Source: an uncultured bacterium
GTDB taxonomy: Bacteria > Acidobacteriota > HRBIN11 > JAKEFK01
DNA length: 64,000 nt
Direction of reading: 5' to 3'
NCBI GenBank assembly: GCA_963777505.1
Contig: CAVZQN010000006.1
Location: 128,001 to 192,000, forward strand
Below the pieces are notes generated by a model. That model was not told the origin of the DNA. It searched no databases and saw nothing but the letters and a program-made list of their open reading frames with translations. Every line of letters begins with the position of its first letter. The first letter of the stretch is position 1. Position numbers and translations under genes: made by a program. Positions 1 to 10,580 of this stretch are shown here, piece by piece.

Positions 1-1653
1 TGTGAAGGCCTGCGTTAAAACGAGCCGGTTAAGCGAAGTTTCAAGATCTTCGGAAACAGAGGGCATCTGTTCTTTCGGAAGCACATTCTTTTGTACAAGA
101 ACATTCCAGATATTTTCATCAGGCTGACTCGATTGAAATAAAATGATTTCACGCTGCCTGACAAAAAATCGTTTTTGCAGTTGAGCCCATCGAACAGTAA
201 GAACACCTGACGCTGATTGATTAAACAAAATCGATAGTAGATCAAAGAAATTATTGTCTTTTACCGCTGGAACCTGAGACTGTTTTTCTGCGCGTGGAAT
301 CTTCCATTGAGACATACTCAGGAGTTGTTTTCGCAGCCAATCAACATCTTCAATCAGGCTCTTATAATCCTGATAGCGATCCGATGGATTTTTATGCGTC
401 ATTTTTTCGATGATTTCATACGCCGCTTTTGGGATACGGCCATTCAGATCGTTATACGAAGGAAAAGGTTCAGAAGCATGTTTGATCACCATTTCGATCG
501 CTGAACTTGCTTCGAATGGATGAGTTCCGTAAAGCATGAAGTAAAAAGTAATTCCGAGTGCATAAATATCTGCGCGGTGATCCACAGCAGACGATTGTGC
601 CTGCTCAGGCGACATAAAACTTGGAGTTCCCAAGAATTCTTGGACCTGTGTGATGCGAGATGACATTTGTTCAGCGGAAGCAAGTCCGAAATCTACAACT
701 TGAATATGCTGGTTTTCATCGAAAAGCAGATTGTTTGGTTTGATGTCACGATGAACAATCCCCTTTTTGGATGCAGCTTCCAGCGCCTGTGCACACTGAA
801 GAATGATTTCAAGCGAGGGCAGCAATTCGACTCTTCCTTTCTTGCGGATTAAATCGGCAAGCGAGCCACCGGGACACCATTGCATCGCGAAATAACATTC
901 CCCATCTTCTTCACCGAAACTGAAAATGTGAGCGATGCCCGGATGATCGATGCTTGCAAGAACTTTTGCCTCTCTCCGAAATCTTTCAACGAATTGTGTT
1001 GAACTTGATAAGCGTTTTGACAAAATCTTAATTGCAACAAAACGATCCAGAGGTTCGTCAAAAGCCTTAAAGACATAGCCCATCCCGCCGCTTCCAATCA
1101 GGGTTTCAATTTTATAAATGCCATATTTCGGCTTAATTCGCGCAAACGAATCGGCTGACGTTAACCCAACATCGACAGTTCCATGGCTTTTGTCTTTATC
1201 AAGCGGGGTTGATGGAACGAAGATTGGACGATCTACGGCAGGTATTGGAACAATCGTCTGCGGAGCATTCTTGAATTCATCGATCATCCGGAGAAATCTC
1301 TTCACCCGGATCGCGACTTCATTGGGATGAATTGGCTTTACTAAAAATTCGTTGGCTCCGCTGTCAAAACAGGAAATTTTTGTTTCCAGATCATCACTTC
1401 CACTGAGAATGATCACAATAATGTCCCGCAAAAGCGGATTCTCTTTTACGATTTTACAAAGTTCTTCTCCTGGCATTTCCGGCATCAAAAGATCAAGGAT
1501 CATAAAAAGAGGCTTATCCGTTTGGATGAGGTCGAGAGCTTCATGTGCATTTGTGGCCGTAGTAGTACGAAAACCTTGATCCTGAAGCGCGGTGACAATG
1601 AGATTTTGATAATCTTTATCGTCATCAACTACGAGAACTGAAACTTGATTCAC
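1..1653 (-). CDS. Receiver domain - Ser/Thr protein kinase - DUF4388-like fusion protein (3' end runs off the window; absent from the ORF track)
   Basis: Manual translation from GTG at 1653 (GGAG upstream): MNQVSVLVVDD...ILDLLMPEM...FLVKP (REC); IGSGGMGYVF, VAIK, HRDIKPNN, DFG, GTPSFMSPE (Hanks kinase); then FFDLLSILFNQSASGVLTVRW. No stop before base 1. Confidence 0.88.
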   Translation of the reverse strand, partial: MNQVSVLVVDDDKDYQNLIVTALQDQGFRTTTATNAHEALDLIQTDKPLFMILDLLMPEMPGEELCKIVKENPLLRDIIVIILSGSDDLETKISCFDSGANEFLVKPIHPNEVAIRVKRFLRMIDEFKNAPQTIVPIPAVDRPIFVPSTPLDKDKSHGTVDVGLTSADSFARIKPKYGIYKIETLIGSGGMGYVFKAFDEPLDRFVAIKILSKRLSSSTQFVERFRREAKVLASIDHPGIAHIFSFGEEDGECYFAMQWCPGGSLADLIRKKGRVELLPSLEIILQCAQALEAASKKGIVHRDIKPNNLLFDENQHIQVVDFGLASAEQMSSRITQVQEFLGTPSFMSPEQAQSSAVDHRADIYALGITFYFMLYGTHPFEASSAIEMVIKHASEPFPSYNDLNGRIPKAAYEIIEKMTHKNPSDRYQDYKSLIEDVDWLRKQLLSMSQWKIPRAEKQSQVPAVKDNNFFDLLSILFNQSASGVLTVRWAQLQKRFFVRQREIILFQSSQPDENIWNVLVQKNVLPKEQMPSVSEDLETSLNRLVLTQAFT

Positions 1654-1802
1654 TGTTTAAAACCACTCCAACGAAAATCTTTCGATACTATTTTACACCG
1701 GTCAGAGGGTGCCTATTATTTCTTATAATATTAGAGCCCGAAAGCTTTAACTACAAAAGACTTAGTTGATTTCAATAATTCGTCATTTCGATTCATGTTT
1801 CG

Positions 1803-1831
1803 TTGACAAGGTAGGGGGTGTACCTTATAAT
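1803..1831 (+). promoter_or_regulatory. Sigma70 promoter of the rpmH operon
   Basis: Perfect TTGACA-17 bp-TATAAT, 40 bp upstream of the rpmH ATG. Confidence 0.85.
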
Positions 1832-1870
1832 CCTATTTCTTAATTTGACGAAGATGAGGACAGTAGTGTC

Positions 1871-2005
1871 ATGAAACGCACATATCAGCCTAATAACAGG
1901 AAGCGGAAGCGAACACATGGATTTTTAGTGAGGATGCGGTCCCAGGGCGGACGGAAGGTTATTAACAGAAGGCGAGCAAAAGGCAGACACCGTCTGGCTG
2001 TTTAA
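1871..2005 (+). CDS. rpmH: 50S ribosomal protein L34 (not in ORF track)
   Basis: [44 protein letters not shown]; the stop overlaps the rnpA ATG. Confidence 0.97.
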   Translation: MKRTYQPNNRKRKRTHGFLVRMRSQGGRKVINRRRAKGRHRLAV

Positions 2006-2358
2006 TGCCCGATCAGCGGGATGAACGTTTTCCACCACAACACCGGCTGAACAGGGCAACGGATTTTCGCCGGGTGTTTTCAAGGGGGAAGCGGACCGGA
2101 ACGCGGTTATTTGTGATTTATATCTTGCCCAATCATTTATCCCATTCCCGCCTCGGAATTCAAGTTCAATCAAAAATTGGTTCTGCAGTGCAAAGGAACT
2201 ATATCAAGCGGATTGTTCGTGAAGTCTTTCGCAAGTTAAAGGAAGACTTTCGTGAGCACGTGGATATTGTTTTTATTGCCAGTAAGCAGATGGCGAAAAC
2301 AGGTTATCCGGAATTGAGTGAGGAATTCCGAAATTCACTTCAGAGATACCTAGGATGA
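2005..2358 (+). CDS. rnpA: Ribonuclease P protein component
   Basis: [17 protein letters not shown] (RNR-type motif); synteny after rpmH. Confidence 0.95.
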   Translation: MPDQRDERFPPQHRLNRATDFRRVFSRGKRTGTRLFVIYILPNHLSHSRLGIQVQSKIGSAVQRNYIKRIVREVFRKLKEDFREHVDIVFIASKQMAKTGYPELSEEFRNSLQRYLG

Positions 2359-2579
2359 GCTCCTCAATCGGATCCAGGAGTGTTGTTGGGCTTCTAAAGT
2401 TTTATAAGAGGTTCATTTCACCTCTGTTGATCCCTGCGTGCCGTTTCACACCAACTTGCTCTGAATACATGATGGAGGCTGTGCGCAAGCATGGAACCTT
2501 TAAAGGAATCTGGATGGGAATCAAACGAATCCTGAGATGTAACCCATTCTGTAAAGGCGGATTTGACCCGGTACGATAA
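2355..2579 (+). CDS. yidD: Membrane protein insertion efficiency factor
   Basis: [10 protein letters not shown]...RCNPF..GGFDPV motifs; synteny. Confidence 0.95.
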   Translation: MSSSIGSRSVVGLLKFYKRFISPLLIPACRFTPTCSEYMMEAVRKHGTFKGIWMGIKRILRCNPFCKGGFDPVR

Positions 2580-2581
2580 TT

Positions 2582-4216
2582 ATGGATAAAAGGCTTCTTA
2601 TCTTTCTTGCACTTTTTTTCGCATTTTTCTTTGGTTGGCAGAAATTTGTAGTCGATCCTTATGTCAAGAAAACTGTACCGCCTCGGGCACCAGTAGAAAC
2701 AAAGCCGGATCAGACTTCGCAAACGCCACCACCACAACCCGCGAGCATTCCTTCATCGCCTTCCACGACAGTCCAGGCTGCTCCAACTACAAGTACGGGA
2801 CTTCGGAAAGTTACAATTGACACTCCTCTATACCGCGCTGAATTTTCAAGTAAAGGCGCCACTCTTACGTCATTTCGATTAAAAAATTATTTGGATGACT
2901 TTGGACAACCTCTGGAAATGGTTCCACAAAACAACGCACCTGTACGCCCTTTGAGTTTTGATTTTGAAGATACTCAAATTGCGAAAAGAGCCCTGGAGGC
3001 TAACTATTCAATTGATCAGGAAAATTTGAATTTAACCGGATCATCAACAGGTGAGCTGAATCTTAGTTATTCTGACGGCAGATATTTCTTCCGAAAGTAT
3101 TTCAAATTTAAAGCTAACAGTTATGTTTTCGACGCCGTTATTGAAGGAAGAGATGGTGCGAATCCATTGCCAGTGCGTTTAAGCTGGGGCCCCGGAATTG
3201 AAAACTTTAAGAGTTATAAAAAGCAAACAGATTTAAAACCTTCGCGAGCCATTGTGAATCTTGGTGAAAAGGTTATTAGAAAAGATCCTCCTAAAGAAAA
3301 AGAGTTTATAAAAGTTGGAGCTTTAGCGCGCTGGGCTGGAGTGGAAAATAATTATTTCATGGCGGCACTGATTCCGGTTAAACCGAGCGATGTCTTCATG
3401 ACCTGCATAAAAGAGAATGCAAGATCTGCCCACAATGTTGTTGTTACCGCGCTTGGACCGCGTGACGATGTGTATCGTCTTCGCGTTTTCATTGGTCCGA
3501 AAGATTACAATCTTCTAATAACTTTTGGACTGGAATTGGAAGAGGCCGTAGATTTTGGCTTCTTCGGTCCGATTGCACGCCTTCTTTTTTACGCATTAAG
3601 ATTTTTTTACAAATATACAGGCAACTGGGGATGGGCAATTGTTCTGTTAACGATTGTTGTGAAAATAATCTTCACACCTTTTATGCAAAAGAGCTTTGCG
3701 TCGCAGAAGAAACTGCAGGCCATGCAGCCTGAGATGAAAAAGATCCAGGACAGATACGCGAAGATGAAGAATGATGATCCGCGAAAGCAGAATATGAATG
3801 CCGAGATCATGCAACTTCATAAGCGGTTGGGCGTTAATCCGCTTGGAGGCTGTCTTCCAATGATAGTGCAAATGCCAGTACTTTTTGCCTTCTACAGCCT
3901 TCTTTCTAATGCAATAGAACTCAGAAGGGCACCCTTTGCGTTCTGGATCCATGATCTCTCGAGGTCAGATCCATTTTATATAACGCCAATATTAATGGGT
4001 GCAACGATGCTGCTACAGCAACGAATGACGCCCGCAAGCGATCCAATGCAGCAAAAGATGCTTTATATAATGCCAATCATGTTCAGCTATATTTCGTTTA
4101 ATCTGCCGAGCGGGCTTGTCGTGTACTGGCTCTTAAGCAATGTGTTGGGAATAGCTCATCAATATTATTTTTTAAGACTGCAAAAAAAAGCAACAGCCGG
4201 GGAACAAAATGCTTAG
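2582..4216 (+). CDS. yidC: Membrane protein insertase YidC
   Basis: N-terminal TM, periplasmic domain, NWGWAIVLLT, NPLGGCLP, PSGLVVYW motifs. Confidence 0.97.
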   Translation: MDKRLLIFLALFFAFFFGWQKFVVDPYVKKTVPPRAPVETKPDQTSQTPPPQPASIPSSPSTTVQAAPTTSTGLRKVTIDTPLYRAEFSSKGATLTSFRLKNYLDDFGQPLEMVPQNNAPVRPLSFDFEDTQIAKRALEANYSIDQENLNLTGSSTGELNLSYSDGRYFFRKYFKFKANSYVFDAVIEGRDGANPLPVRLSWGPGIENFKSYKKQTDLKPSRAIVNLGEKVIRKDPPKEKEFIKVGALARWAGVENNYFMAALIPVKPSDVFMTCIKENARSAHNVVVTALGPRDDVYRLRVFIGPKDYNLLITFGLELEEAVDFGFFGPIARLLFYALRFFYKYTGNWGWAIVLLTIVVKIIFTPFMQKSFASQKKLQAMQPEMKKIQDRYAKMKNDDPRKQNMNAEIMQLHKRLGVNPLGGCLPMIVQMPVLFAFYSLLSNAIELRRAPFAFWIHDLSRSDPFYITPILMGATMLLQQRMTPASDPMQQKMLYIMPIMFSYISFNLPSGLVVYWLLSNVLGIAHQYYFLRLQKKATAGEQNA

Positions 4217-4682
4217 TTTAGAAAAAGAGAAAAAAATTTGTGCTTTGATTGATGATCTCACAGGCCTGATGAACTTTAATCTTAAAGCTGAGCTATTTGA
4301 ATCTTCCGGACAAATTGAAATTAATATTTCTGGCGCAGATCGCGCCTATTTGATTACAGATAATGGAGAGACTTTGCTTTCGCTGCAGTACATTCTCGGC
4401 AGAATGATTCGACAGCATTTTCCGGAACTTGAAGATGTCCATATTCTTATCGACAGTGATGGTTATATGTATCGTCACGAAGATCAATTAAGAAGGATGG
4501 CTCAAAATGCAGTGCAGCGAGTTCGCCGTGAACGAAGACGCATTAAACTACCGCCACTGAACCCTTATGATCGAAGGATTATTCATATCGAAGTCGCTCT
4601 GAATAGAGATATGGATAGTCTTTCTGAAGGCGAAGGTTTCTTCAAAAAAATAGTAGTGCAGCGAAAATTCCGCGAACGCTAA
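4209..4682 (+). CDS. jag: Jag/EloR-like KH-R3H RNA-binding protein lacking the Jag N-terminal domain
   Basis: GETLLSLQY (KH-like), PYDRRIIH (R3H), SEGEG; lies between yidC and mnmE. Confidence 0.8.
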   Translation: MLSLEKEKKICALIDDLTGLMNFNLKAELFESSGQIEINISGADRAYLITDNGETLLSLQYILGRMIRQHFPELEDVHILIDSDGYMYRHEDQLRRMAQNAVQRVRRERRRIKLPPLNPYDRRIIHIEVALNRDMDSLSEGEGFFKKIVVQRKFRER

Positions 4683-4722
4683 AGGCATCTACAAACCTTC
4701 TCAATTAAGTAGTATTAGTGCC

Positions 4723-6090
4723 ATGCAGACCGATCACGAAGATACAATTGCAGCGATTTCCACGCCTTTAGGCCGTGCAGCGCTTGGGATCGTTCGAATT
4801 AGCGGAAAAGATTGCCGCGCACTACTTAAGAAAATTTTCACACCGACCTACAAAGAAGAAGTGATTCCATTCAGCCCGATACTTGGAAAAATAACGCTGC
4901 AGGATGGACATTTTCTTGATGAAGTTGTGCTGACACTCTTCGAAAAGCCACATTCGTATACTCGGGAAGATGTAGCAGAAATTTCGTGTCACGGAAATCC
5001 ATTGATTCTTGAAACTGTTTTAAAAAGAGTGATTGCAGCAGGTGCGCGCCTCGCGAACTCAGGTGAGTTTACTTACAGAGCCTTTTTGAATGGCAGACTT
5101 GATCTGGTTCAGGCAGAAGCGGTCAAAGATCTAATCGAAGCAGACTCACAACATCAGGCTGAGCTTGCGCTGAATCATCTTCATGGAAGGTTAAGCAATC
5201 TGCTTCAAGATCTGAAAGCGCAGTTTGTCGATCTCATTGCCCTCATGGAAGGGAACATCGACTTTAGCGAAGAGCAGCATTATGATTTTATTAATCGCAC
5301 AGATTGTTTGGGCCGGCATGATTCTCTTCTTAAAAGCATTCGCAGTTTAATCGGCACATTCGAACAAGGACGTCTGATTCGAGATGGCCTGAGCCTTGTA
5401 ATTGCAGGTCGTCCAAACGTAGGTAAGTCTTGTCTTTTCAATGCTTTACTGCGTCAGGATCGAGCGATTGTTACTCCCACAGCTGGAACGACGCGCGATT
5501 ATTTAAAGGAACGGATAAATCTCGGCGGTTACATTTTGAACCTGATCGATACTGCGGGAATTCGTGAAAGCCAGGAACTGATTGAAGAAGAAGGAATTCG
5601 TAGAAGCCGCCAAGTTATTGAAAAGGCTGATCTTATTGTGTTTTTGGTCGATGCTTCCGAGGCTTTGAATGACGAAGATGAGTTGATTTGGAAGGATATT
5701 AAGAGCCGCAACGTTTTAGTGGTTTGTAACAAGATGGATCTTCAGAATGTTACCCGTCACTCATTGGATGGCAATAATGGAATTGAAATTTCTGCTCAAA
5801 CAGGTGCAGGCATTGAAGAACTTTTGTTGCGGATCCAGGACCGTATTCATGAGATGGTCCTAAACAAAAAGGAAGATACCGTAATTTCAAGCATCCGTCA
5901 TCGCAATCTTCTAGAGCAAGCAGAAAAAGCATTGGAGCGATCAAAAGCAGGAGTCGAACAAGGTTTAAGCGAGGAATTTCCACTAATGGATCTGCATGAC
6001 GCACTTCGTTCTATTGGGCAGATTACAGGTGAAGTTACAATCGAAGATATTTATAGTCATATCTTTTCGCACTTTTGTATTGGAAAATAA
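4723..6090 (+). CDS. mnmE: tRNA modification GTPase MnmE
   Basis: [31 protein letters not shown]-terminal FCIGK. Confidence 0.98.
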   Translation: MQTDHEDTIAAISTPLGRAALGIVRISGKDCRALLKKIFTPTYKEEVIPFSPILGKITLQDGHFLDEVVLTLFEKPHSYTREDVAEISCHGNPLILETVLKRVIAAGARLANSGEFTYRAFLNGRLDLVQAEAVKDLIEADSQHQAELALNHLHGRLSNLLQDLKAQFVDLIALMEGNIDFSEEQHYDFINRTDCLGRHDSLLKSIRSLIGTFEQGRLIRDGLSLVIAGRPNVGKSCLFNALLRQDRAIVTPTAGTTRDYLKERINLGGYILNLIDTAGIRESQELIEEEGIRRSRQVIEKADLIVFLVDASEALNDEDELIWKDIKSRNVLVVCNKMDLQNVTRHSLDGNNGIEISAQTGAGIEELLLRIQDRIHEMVLNKKEDTVISSIRHRNLLEQAEKALERSKAGVEQGLSEEFPLMDLHDALRSIGQITGEVTIEDIYSHIFSHFCIGK

Positions 6091-6094
6091 ACAG

Positions 6095-7939
6095 ATGCGT
6101 GACTTTGATGTAGTTGTGATTGGTGGCGGGCATGCAGGATGCGAAGCAGCAGCAGCGTGTGCTCGCGGAGGCGCTCGAACTGCGCTAGTAACGATGTCGC
6201 TTGATGCGATCGGTCAAATGTCATGCAATCCAGCAATCGGCGGCATCGCAAAAGGACAGCTCGTAAAAGAAATTGACGCACTGGGCGGTATCATGGGAAT
6301 TCTCGCAGACCGAACGGGAATTCAATTCAAAGTGCTGAACAGAAGCAAAGGTACGGCTGTTTGGTCACCACGATGCCAGTCGGATAAAGCGGAATATAGA
6401 AAGGCGGTCCGAAGTCTGCTTGAAGCTACCCCTGGATTGGAGCTGATTGAAGGTGTCGGCGTTGAACTAATACTCCATGAAAATAGAGTTGCAGGGCTTC
6501 GGTTGCTCACCGGTGAAAAGCTTTCCTGCGTCGCATTGATCATTACTACCGGAACATTCCTGAATGGATTGATTCATATTGGTGAAAGAAAAATTCAGGC
6601 AGGGCGAATCCAGGAGCCTGCGGCAACTCATCTGTCGGAGTCGATCCGAAGTTTTGGCTTTGAAATGGGGCGATTAAAAACAGGTACGCCTCCCAGAATT
6701 CATCGAGATTCCATCGACTTCAGCCAGATGCAAGAACAGTGGGGCGATAGTGATCCGCTATTTTTCTCGCCTGATACAACGACTTTCACGCTGCCACAGA
6801 TTCCATGTCATATCACTTATACAAATGAAAAAGTTCATGAAGTGATCCGAAATAATATCGGACGTTCACCGATGTATAGTGGTCAGATTCAGGGAGTTGG
6901 GCCGAGGTATTGTCCTTCTGTCGAGGATAAAATCGTAAAATTTCCCGACAAAGATCGTCACCAACTTTTTATTGAGCCTGAAGGTTTGAACACAATTGAG
7001 TATTACATCAATGGCTTATCAACATCGCTTCCGGAAGAAGTTCAGCAAGAAATTCTAAGGGCAGTTCCAGGTTTGGAGAAAGCCGAGATGCTAAAACCTG
7101 GTTACGCGGTGGAGTATGACTATGTGCAGCCGACCGAGCTTTTCCCAACATTAGAAACAAAGAAAATTCGTGGACTTTATCTTGCCGGTCAAATCAATGG
7201 AACCTCCGGATATGAAGAAGCGGCGGCTCAGGGGTTGATCGCTGGTATCAATGCGCTGTTATCGACCCGCGGCGAGGCGCCGTTCGTAATGAAAAGATTT
7301 GAAGGTTATATAGGGATCCTCGTCGATGACCTGGTGACAAAAGGTACGTCCGAACCTTACAGGATGTTTACTTCGCGGGCCGAATACCGTTTGATGCTGC
7401 GGCTTGATAATGTGGAGGAAAGATTGACTCCATATGGACGAAAAATTGGCTTGATTTCTGATGATCGTTTTCAATCTTTTCAAAAAGAGCAGAATGATAT
7501 TGTCGAAGCACTGGCTGCGTTACGGGCGATGCGTATCGTTTACCAGGGTCAGGGTTTAAGCGGCGAACAGCTTTTAAGGCGTCCGGAAATGACTCTGGAT
7601 CAGATCGAACAACTGGCGGGTAGAAAAACTGGTGACCTTGGACTGATGCAGAAATTTGCCGTTGAGAGCAGGGTGAAATATCAGGGCTATATCGATCGTC
7701 AGGTTCTGGAAGCTGAAAAGATGAAACGGTGGGAAAATCACCGGATCCCGTCAAATCTAAACTTTGCAGGGATTCCTGGATTAACTCGTGAAGTTGCTGA
7801 AAAACTGGATCGGATCAAACCTCAGACCTTTGCTCAGGCGCAACGCATTTCAGGCATGACCCCGGCTGCGCTCTCACTCTTACGGATCTATTTGGAAAAG
7901 CGCCAACCTGCGACACATGCCGACGTACTGGAAGGATAG
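6095..7939 (+). CDS. mnmG: tRNA uridine-5-carboxymethylaminomethyl modification enzyme MnmG (GidA)
   Basis: Start taken at ATG 6095 ([19 protein letters not shown]); [32 protein letters not shown]. Confidence 0.98.
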   Translation: MRDFDVVVIGGGHAGCEAAAACARGGARTALVTMSLDAIGQMSCNPAIGGIAKGQLVKEIDALGGIMGILADRTGIQFKVLNRSKGTAVWSPRCQSDKAEYRKAVRSLLEATPGLELIEGVGVELILHENRVAGLRLLTGEKLSCVALIITTGTFLNGLIHIGERKIQAGRIQEPAATHLSESIRSFGFEMGRLKTGTPPRIHRDSIDFSQMQEQWGDSDPLFFSPDTTTFTLPQIPCHITYTNEKVHEVIRNNIGRSPMYSGQIQGVGPRYCPSVEDKIVKFPDKDRHQLFIEPEGLNTIEYYINGLSTSLPEEVQQEILRAVPGLEKAEMLKPGYAVEYDYVQPTELFPTLETKKIRGLYLAGQINGTSGYEEAAAQGLIAGINALLSTRGEAPFVMKRFEGYIGILVDDLVTKGTSEPYRMFTSRAEYRLMLRLDNVEERLTPYGRKIGLISDDRFQSFQKEQNDIVEALAALRAMRIVYQGQGLSGEQLLRRPEMTLDQIEQLAGRKTGDLGLMQKFAVESRVKYQGYIDRQVLEAEKMKRWENHRIPSNLNFAGIPGLTREVAEKLDRIKPQTFAQAQRISGMTPAALSLLRIYLEKRQPATHADVLEG

Positions 7940-8504
7940 TCCGCTTCTTTCCAAAAACTCCCTCGACAAACTCGACAAGTTTGCCAAGCTGATCCTGCAG
8001 TGGAATGCAAAAATCAATCTCACCGGATTCCGTGATGCTAAGGAAATTGAAGATTTGCTCATAGGGGAATCTGTCCTGGCCGCAGAGAGTCTGCAAAATT
8101 TGGGCTTCATTCGATCTGGCATTCGTGTTCTTGATTTCGGTTCTGGAGCCGGCATTCCAGGAATAGTTTGGGCGGCGCTGGAACTTCCAATTCAAGTCAC
8201 TTCCTTAGAAATTCGGCAGAAGAAGATTGCCTTCCAAAAGCAAGCAGCCCGCGAATTGGGCCTGGAAGTCAAGATTAATGCTGGACGTTTTCCGGAGGCT
8301 GTTGGCTCAAACGAATTCGATTTAATCGTGAGTAGGGCGATCCGATATGACCCTCAAATCTGGAATTCTGGACAGCGTTGTTTATCTGTATCAGGAAGCT
8401 TTATCCGATTTGCTTCTGCGAATGCAGAAGAAGAAGGCTGGAAAACAATCCCCGTTTCTGAAAGAAGTTCGCTGCTGATAAAAACGGTATCCAAAGACGG
8501 ATGA
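7917..8504 (+). CDS. rsmG: 16S rRNA m7G527 methyltransferase RsmG (GidB)
   Basis: [25 protein letters not shown]; follows mnmG. Confidence 0.9.
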   Translation: MPTYWKDSPLLSKNSLDKLDKFAKLILQWNAKINLTGFRDAKEIEDLLIGESVLAAESLQNLGFIRSGIRVLDFGSGAGIPGIVWAALELPIQVTSLEIRQKKIAFQKQAARELGLEVKINAGRFPEAVGSNEFDLIVSRAIRYDPQIWNSGQRCLSVSGSFIRFASANAEEEGWKTIPVSERSSLLIKTVSKDG

Positions 8505-8506
8505 AC

Positions 8507-8522
8507 TGTTCCACGTGAAACG
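8507..8522. promoter_or_regulatory. parS centromere-like site
   Basis: TGTTCCACGTGAAACG matches the parS consensus TGTTNCACGTGAAACA with one mismatch, directly upstream of parA. Confidence 0.85.
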
Positions 8523-8586
8523 TTTCGAGCAAGCTGTGGTATCCTAGCCGTTCAAAATCCATTCCAAGTAAGTAGCATCCTTCAAC

Positions 8587-9366
8587 ATGAGTCGTGTCAT
8601 CGCTATTGCAAACCAGAAAGGTGGAGTTGGAAAGACGACAACCGCCGTCAATTTGTCCGCTTCATTGGCAGTGGCGGAGCAAGAAACCCTGGTGATTGAC
8701 CTCGACCCGCAGGGGAACACAACAAGCGGGTTTGGTATCAGTAAAGACCAACGAGAGAACATGTATCACTCGCTCATGTTCCGAAAGCCTCTTGTTGAAG
8801 TCTATTTGTCGACCCAGCTTGATCATTTGAAGTTAGTTCCCTCCCATCGGGATTTAGTCGGAGCGGAACTGGAGCTGATGAATGAACCGGACCGGGAGCA
8901 GCGTCTTCGCACCCTTCTGGAGCCGATCCGCTCCCATTTTCAGTACATTATTATTGATTGTCCGCCTTCATTGGGCTTGTTAACCCTGAATGCACTATGC
9001 GCAGCCGATTCAGTTCTTGTCCCGATCCAATGCGAGTATTTCGCTCTTGAAGGACTTGCGGATTTATTGGAAACTCTCCGACGAATTCAACAGCAATTGA
9101 ATACAAAATTAGCCCTGGAAGGCATCGTACTAACGATGTATGACGAGCGTACGAATTTATCGCGTCAGGTTCGAGATGATATTGCCCGTCATTTTGGCGC
9201 TTCATTGTTAAAAACAGTCATTCCCCGGAATATCCGGTTGGGTGAAGCGCCATCGTTTGGTAAGCCGGTTCTGCTATATGATATTAAGTCAAAAGGGGCT
9301 GAGGCTTATCTGCATCTTGCAAGGGAGATAATCAGTCATGGCAACCAAAAGAAAGGCTCTCGGTAG
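8587..9366 (+). CDS. parA: Chromosome partitioning ATPase ParA/Soj
   Basis: NQKGGVGKTT deviant Walker A, DLDPQGN, DCPPSLG, RLGEAPSFG. Confidence 0.97.
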   Translation: MSRVIAIANQKGGVGKTTTAVNLSASLAVAEQETLVIDLDPQGNTTSGFGISKDQRENMYHSLMFRKPLVEVYLSTQLDHLKLVPSHRDLVGAELELMNEPDREQRLRTLLEPIRSHFQYIIIDCPPSLGLLTLNALCAADSVLVPIQCEYFALEGLADLLETLRRIQQQLNTKLALEGIVLTMYDERTNLSRQVRDDIARHFGASLLKTVIPRNIRLGEAPSFGKPVLLYDIKSKGAEAYLHLAREIISHGNQKKGSR

Positions 9367-10201
9367 AGGACTCAATGCCCTTTTGCCTGCGGCTTCTGCA
9401 GGCGCTGGCGACAAAAAGTTTCTGGATGTACCGATCGACTCGATCGTTTCAAACAAGCATCAACCGCGTTCAACCTATCATCCCGAACGGCTCAATGAAC
9501 TTGCACAATCCATCAAAAGCAATGGTGTGGTTCAGCCGATCATAGTCAGGAAAGCAGGATCGCAGTATCAGCTTATCGCAGGGGAGCGCCGGTGGCGTGC
9601 TGCGCGGATCGCAGGCCTGCGTACAATCCCGGCTGTCGTGCGCGATGTGAGTGAATATAAAACTCTCGAAATGGCGTTGATAGAAAACATTCAACGCGAA
9701 GACTTAAATCCAATTGAAGAAGCCACAGCCTATGCTTCTTTGATCAATGAATTTCAGTTAACTCAGGACGAAGTCGCTCATCGCGTTGGGAAGGATCGGT
9801 CCTCAATTGCCAACTATTTACGTTTGTTGAAACTGCCTCGAGAAATTAAGGATCAGATTCAGAATCAGGAGCTTAGCATGGGCCATGCTCGAGCCTTGAT
9901 CAGCCTCGAGAAAGCAAAAGATCAGATCGAGCTTGCGAATCGGATTCTCAGCGAGAATCTGAACGTCCGCCAGACTGAAAGTTTGATCCGGAATTGGAAA
10001 AAGGGTCCAAGTACTCCAGCAAAGGAAGATAGCACTGCCCGTCTTGATCCAAACGTTCGTTCCGCTGAACAGAAGTTGCAAGAGAAATTGGGAACTCAAG
10101 TTGTGATCCGAAATTCTGGCGATGGAAAAGGGCGGATCGAAATTCATTTTCTAAATACGGACGATTTGATTCGAATTTACGATCTGATCGCCGGAGAATA
10201 A
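9338..10201 (+). CDS. parB: Chromosome partitioning protein ParB/Spo0J
   Basis: LGRGL, AGERRWRA, ENIQREDL, HTH with SSIANYLRLL. Confidence 0.97.
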   Translation: MATKRKALGRGLNALLPAASAGAGDKKFLDVPIDSIVSNKHQPRSTYHPERLNELAQSIKSNGVVQPIIVRKAGSQYQLIAGERRWRAARIAGLRTIPAVVRDVSEYKTLEMALIENIQREDLNPIEEATAYASLINEFQLTQDEVAHRVGKDRSSIANYLRLLKLPREIKDQIQNQELSMGHARALISLEKAKDQIELANRILSENLNVRQTESLIRNWKKGPSTPAKEDSTARLDPNVRSAEQKLQEKLGTQVVIRNSGDGKGRIEIHFLNTDDLIRIYDLIAGE

Positions 10202-10202
10202 T

Positions 10203-10580
10203 GTGAGTAAAAGAGACGATCTTTCAGGGTTTATTGATCATGGAGTCCGGGTGATTGGCGAACTCATTTTCCAGAATACATTTCGTATTGATGGAAATTT
10301 TCAGGGCACGATTCGATCGGACGATCTTTTGATTATCGGGGACCAGGGTAATGTCGATGCTGAAATTGAAGTTGGATCACTGTCTGTCAGTGGCATTGTC
10401 AAAGGTAAAATCCTTGCGCGCGAGCGTCTAGAAGTACAAAAGGGCGGAAAAGTTTTCGCTGACGTTTCGACACCTGCGCTTTTTATTGAAGAAGGGGGCG
10501 TACTGCAAGGAAGTTGTGCAGTAGAACGTTCCCAAATAAGTCAGCCCCCCGAGTGGAAAACCGAAAAAGAAACCCACTAA
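10203..10580 (+). CDS. Bactofilin (polymer-forming cytoskeletal protein)
   Basis: Beta-helix repeats (RIDGNFQGTI, IGDQGNVDAEI, IEEGGVLQG); position after parB is typical. Confidence 0.85.
   Translation: MSKRDDLSGFIDHGVRVIGELIFQNTFRIDGNFQGTIRSDDLLIIGDQGNVDAEIEVGSLSVSGIVKGKILARERLEVQKGGKVFADVSTPALFIEEGGVLQGSCAVERSQISQPPEWKTEKETH

Noticed and set aside
15-1579. Seven short ORFs in the track at the left end
   Set aside because: They are shadow ORFs of the real minus-strand REC-kinase gene (1-1653), which has no stop in the window.
5996-6094. N-terminal extension of MnmG in the ORF track
   Set aside because: It overlaps the conserved FCIGK end of mnmE; homology starts at ATG 6095.
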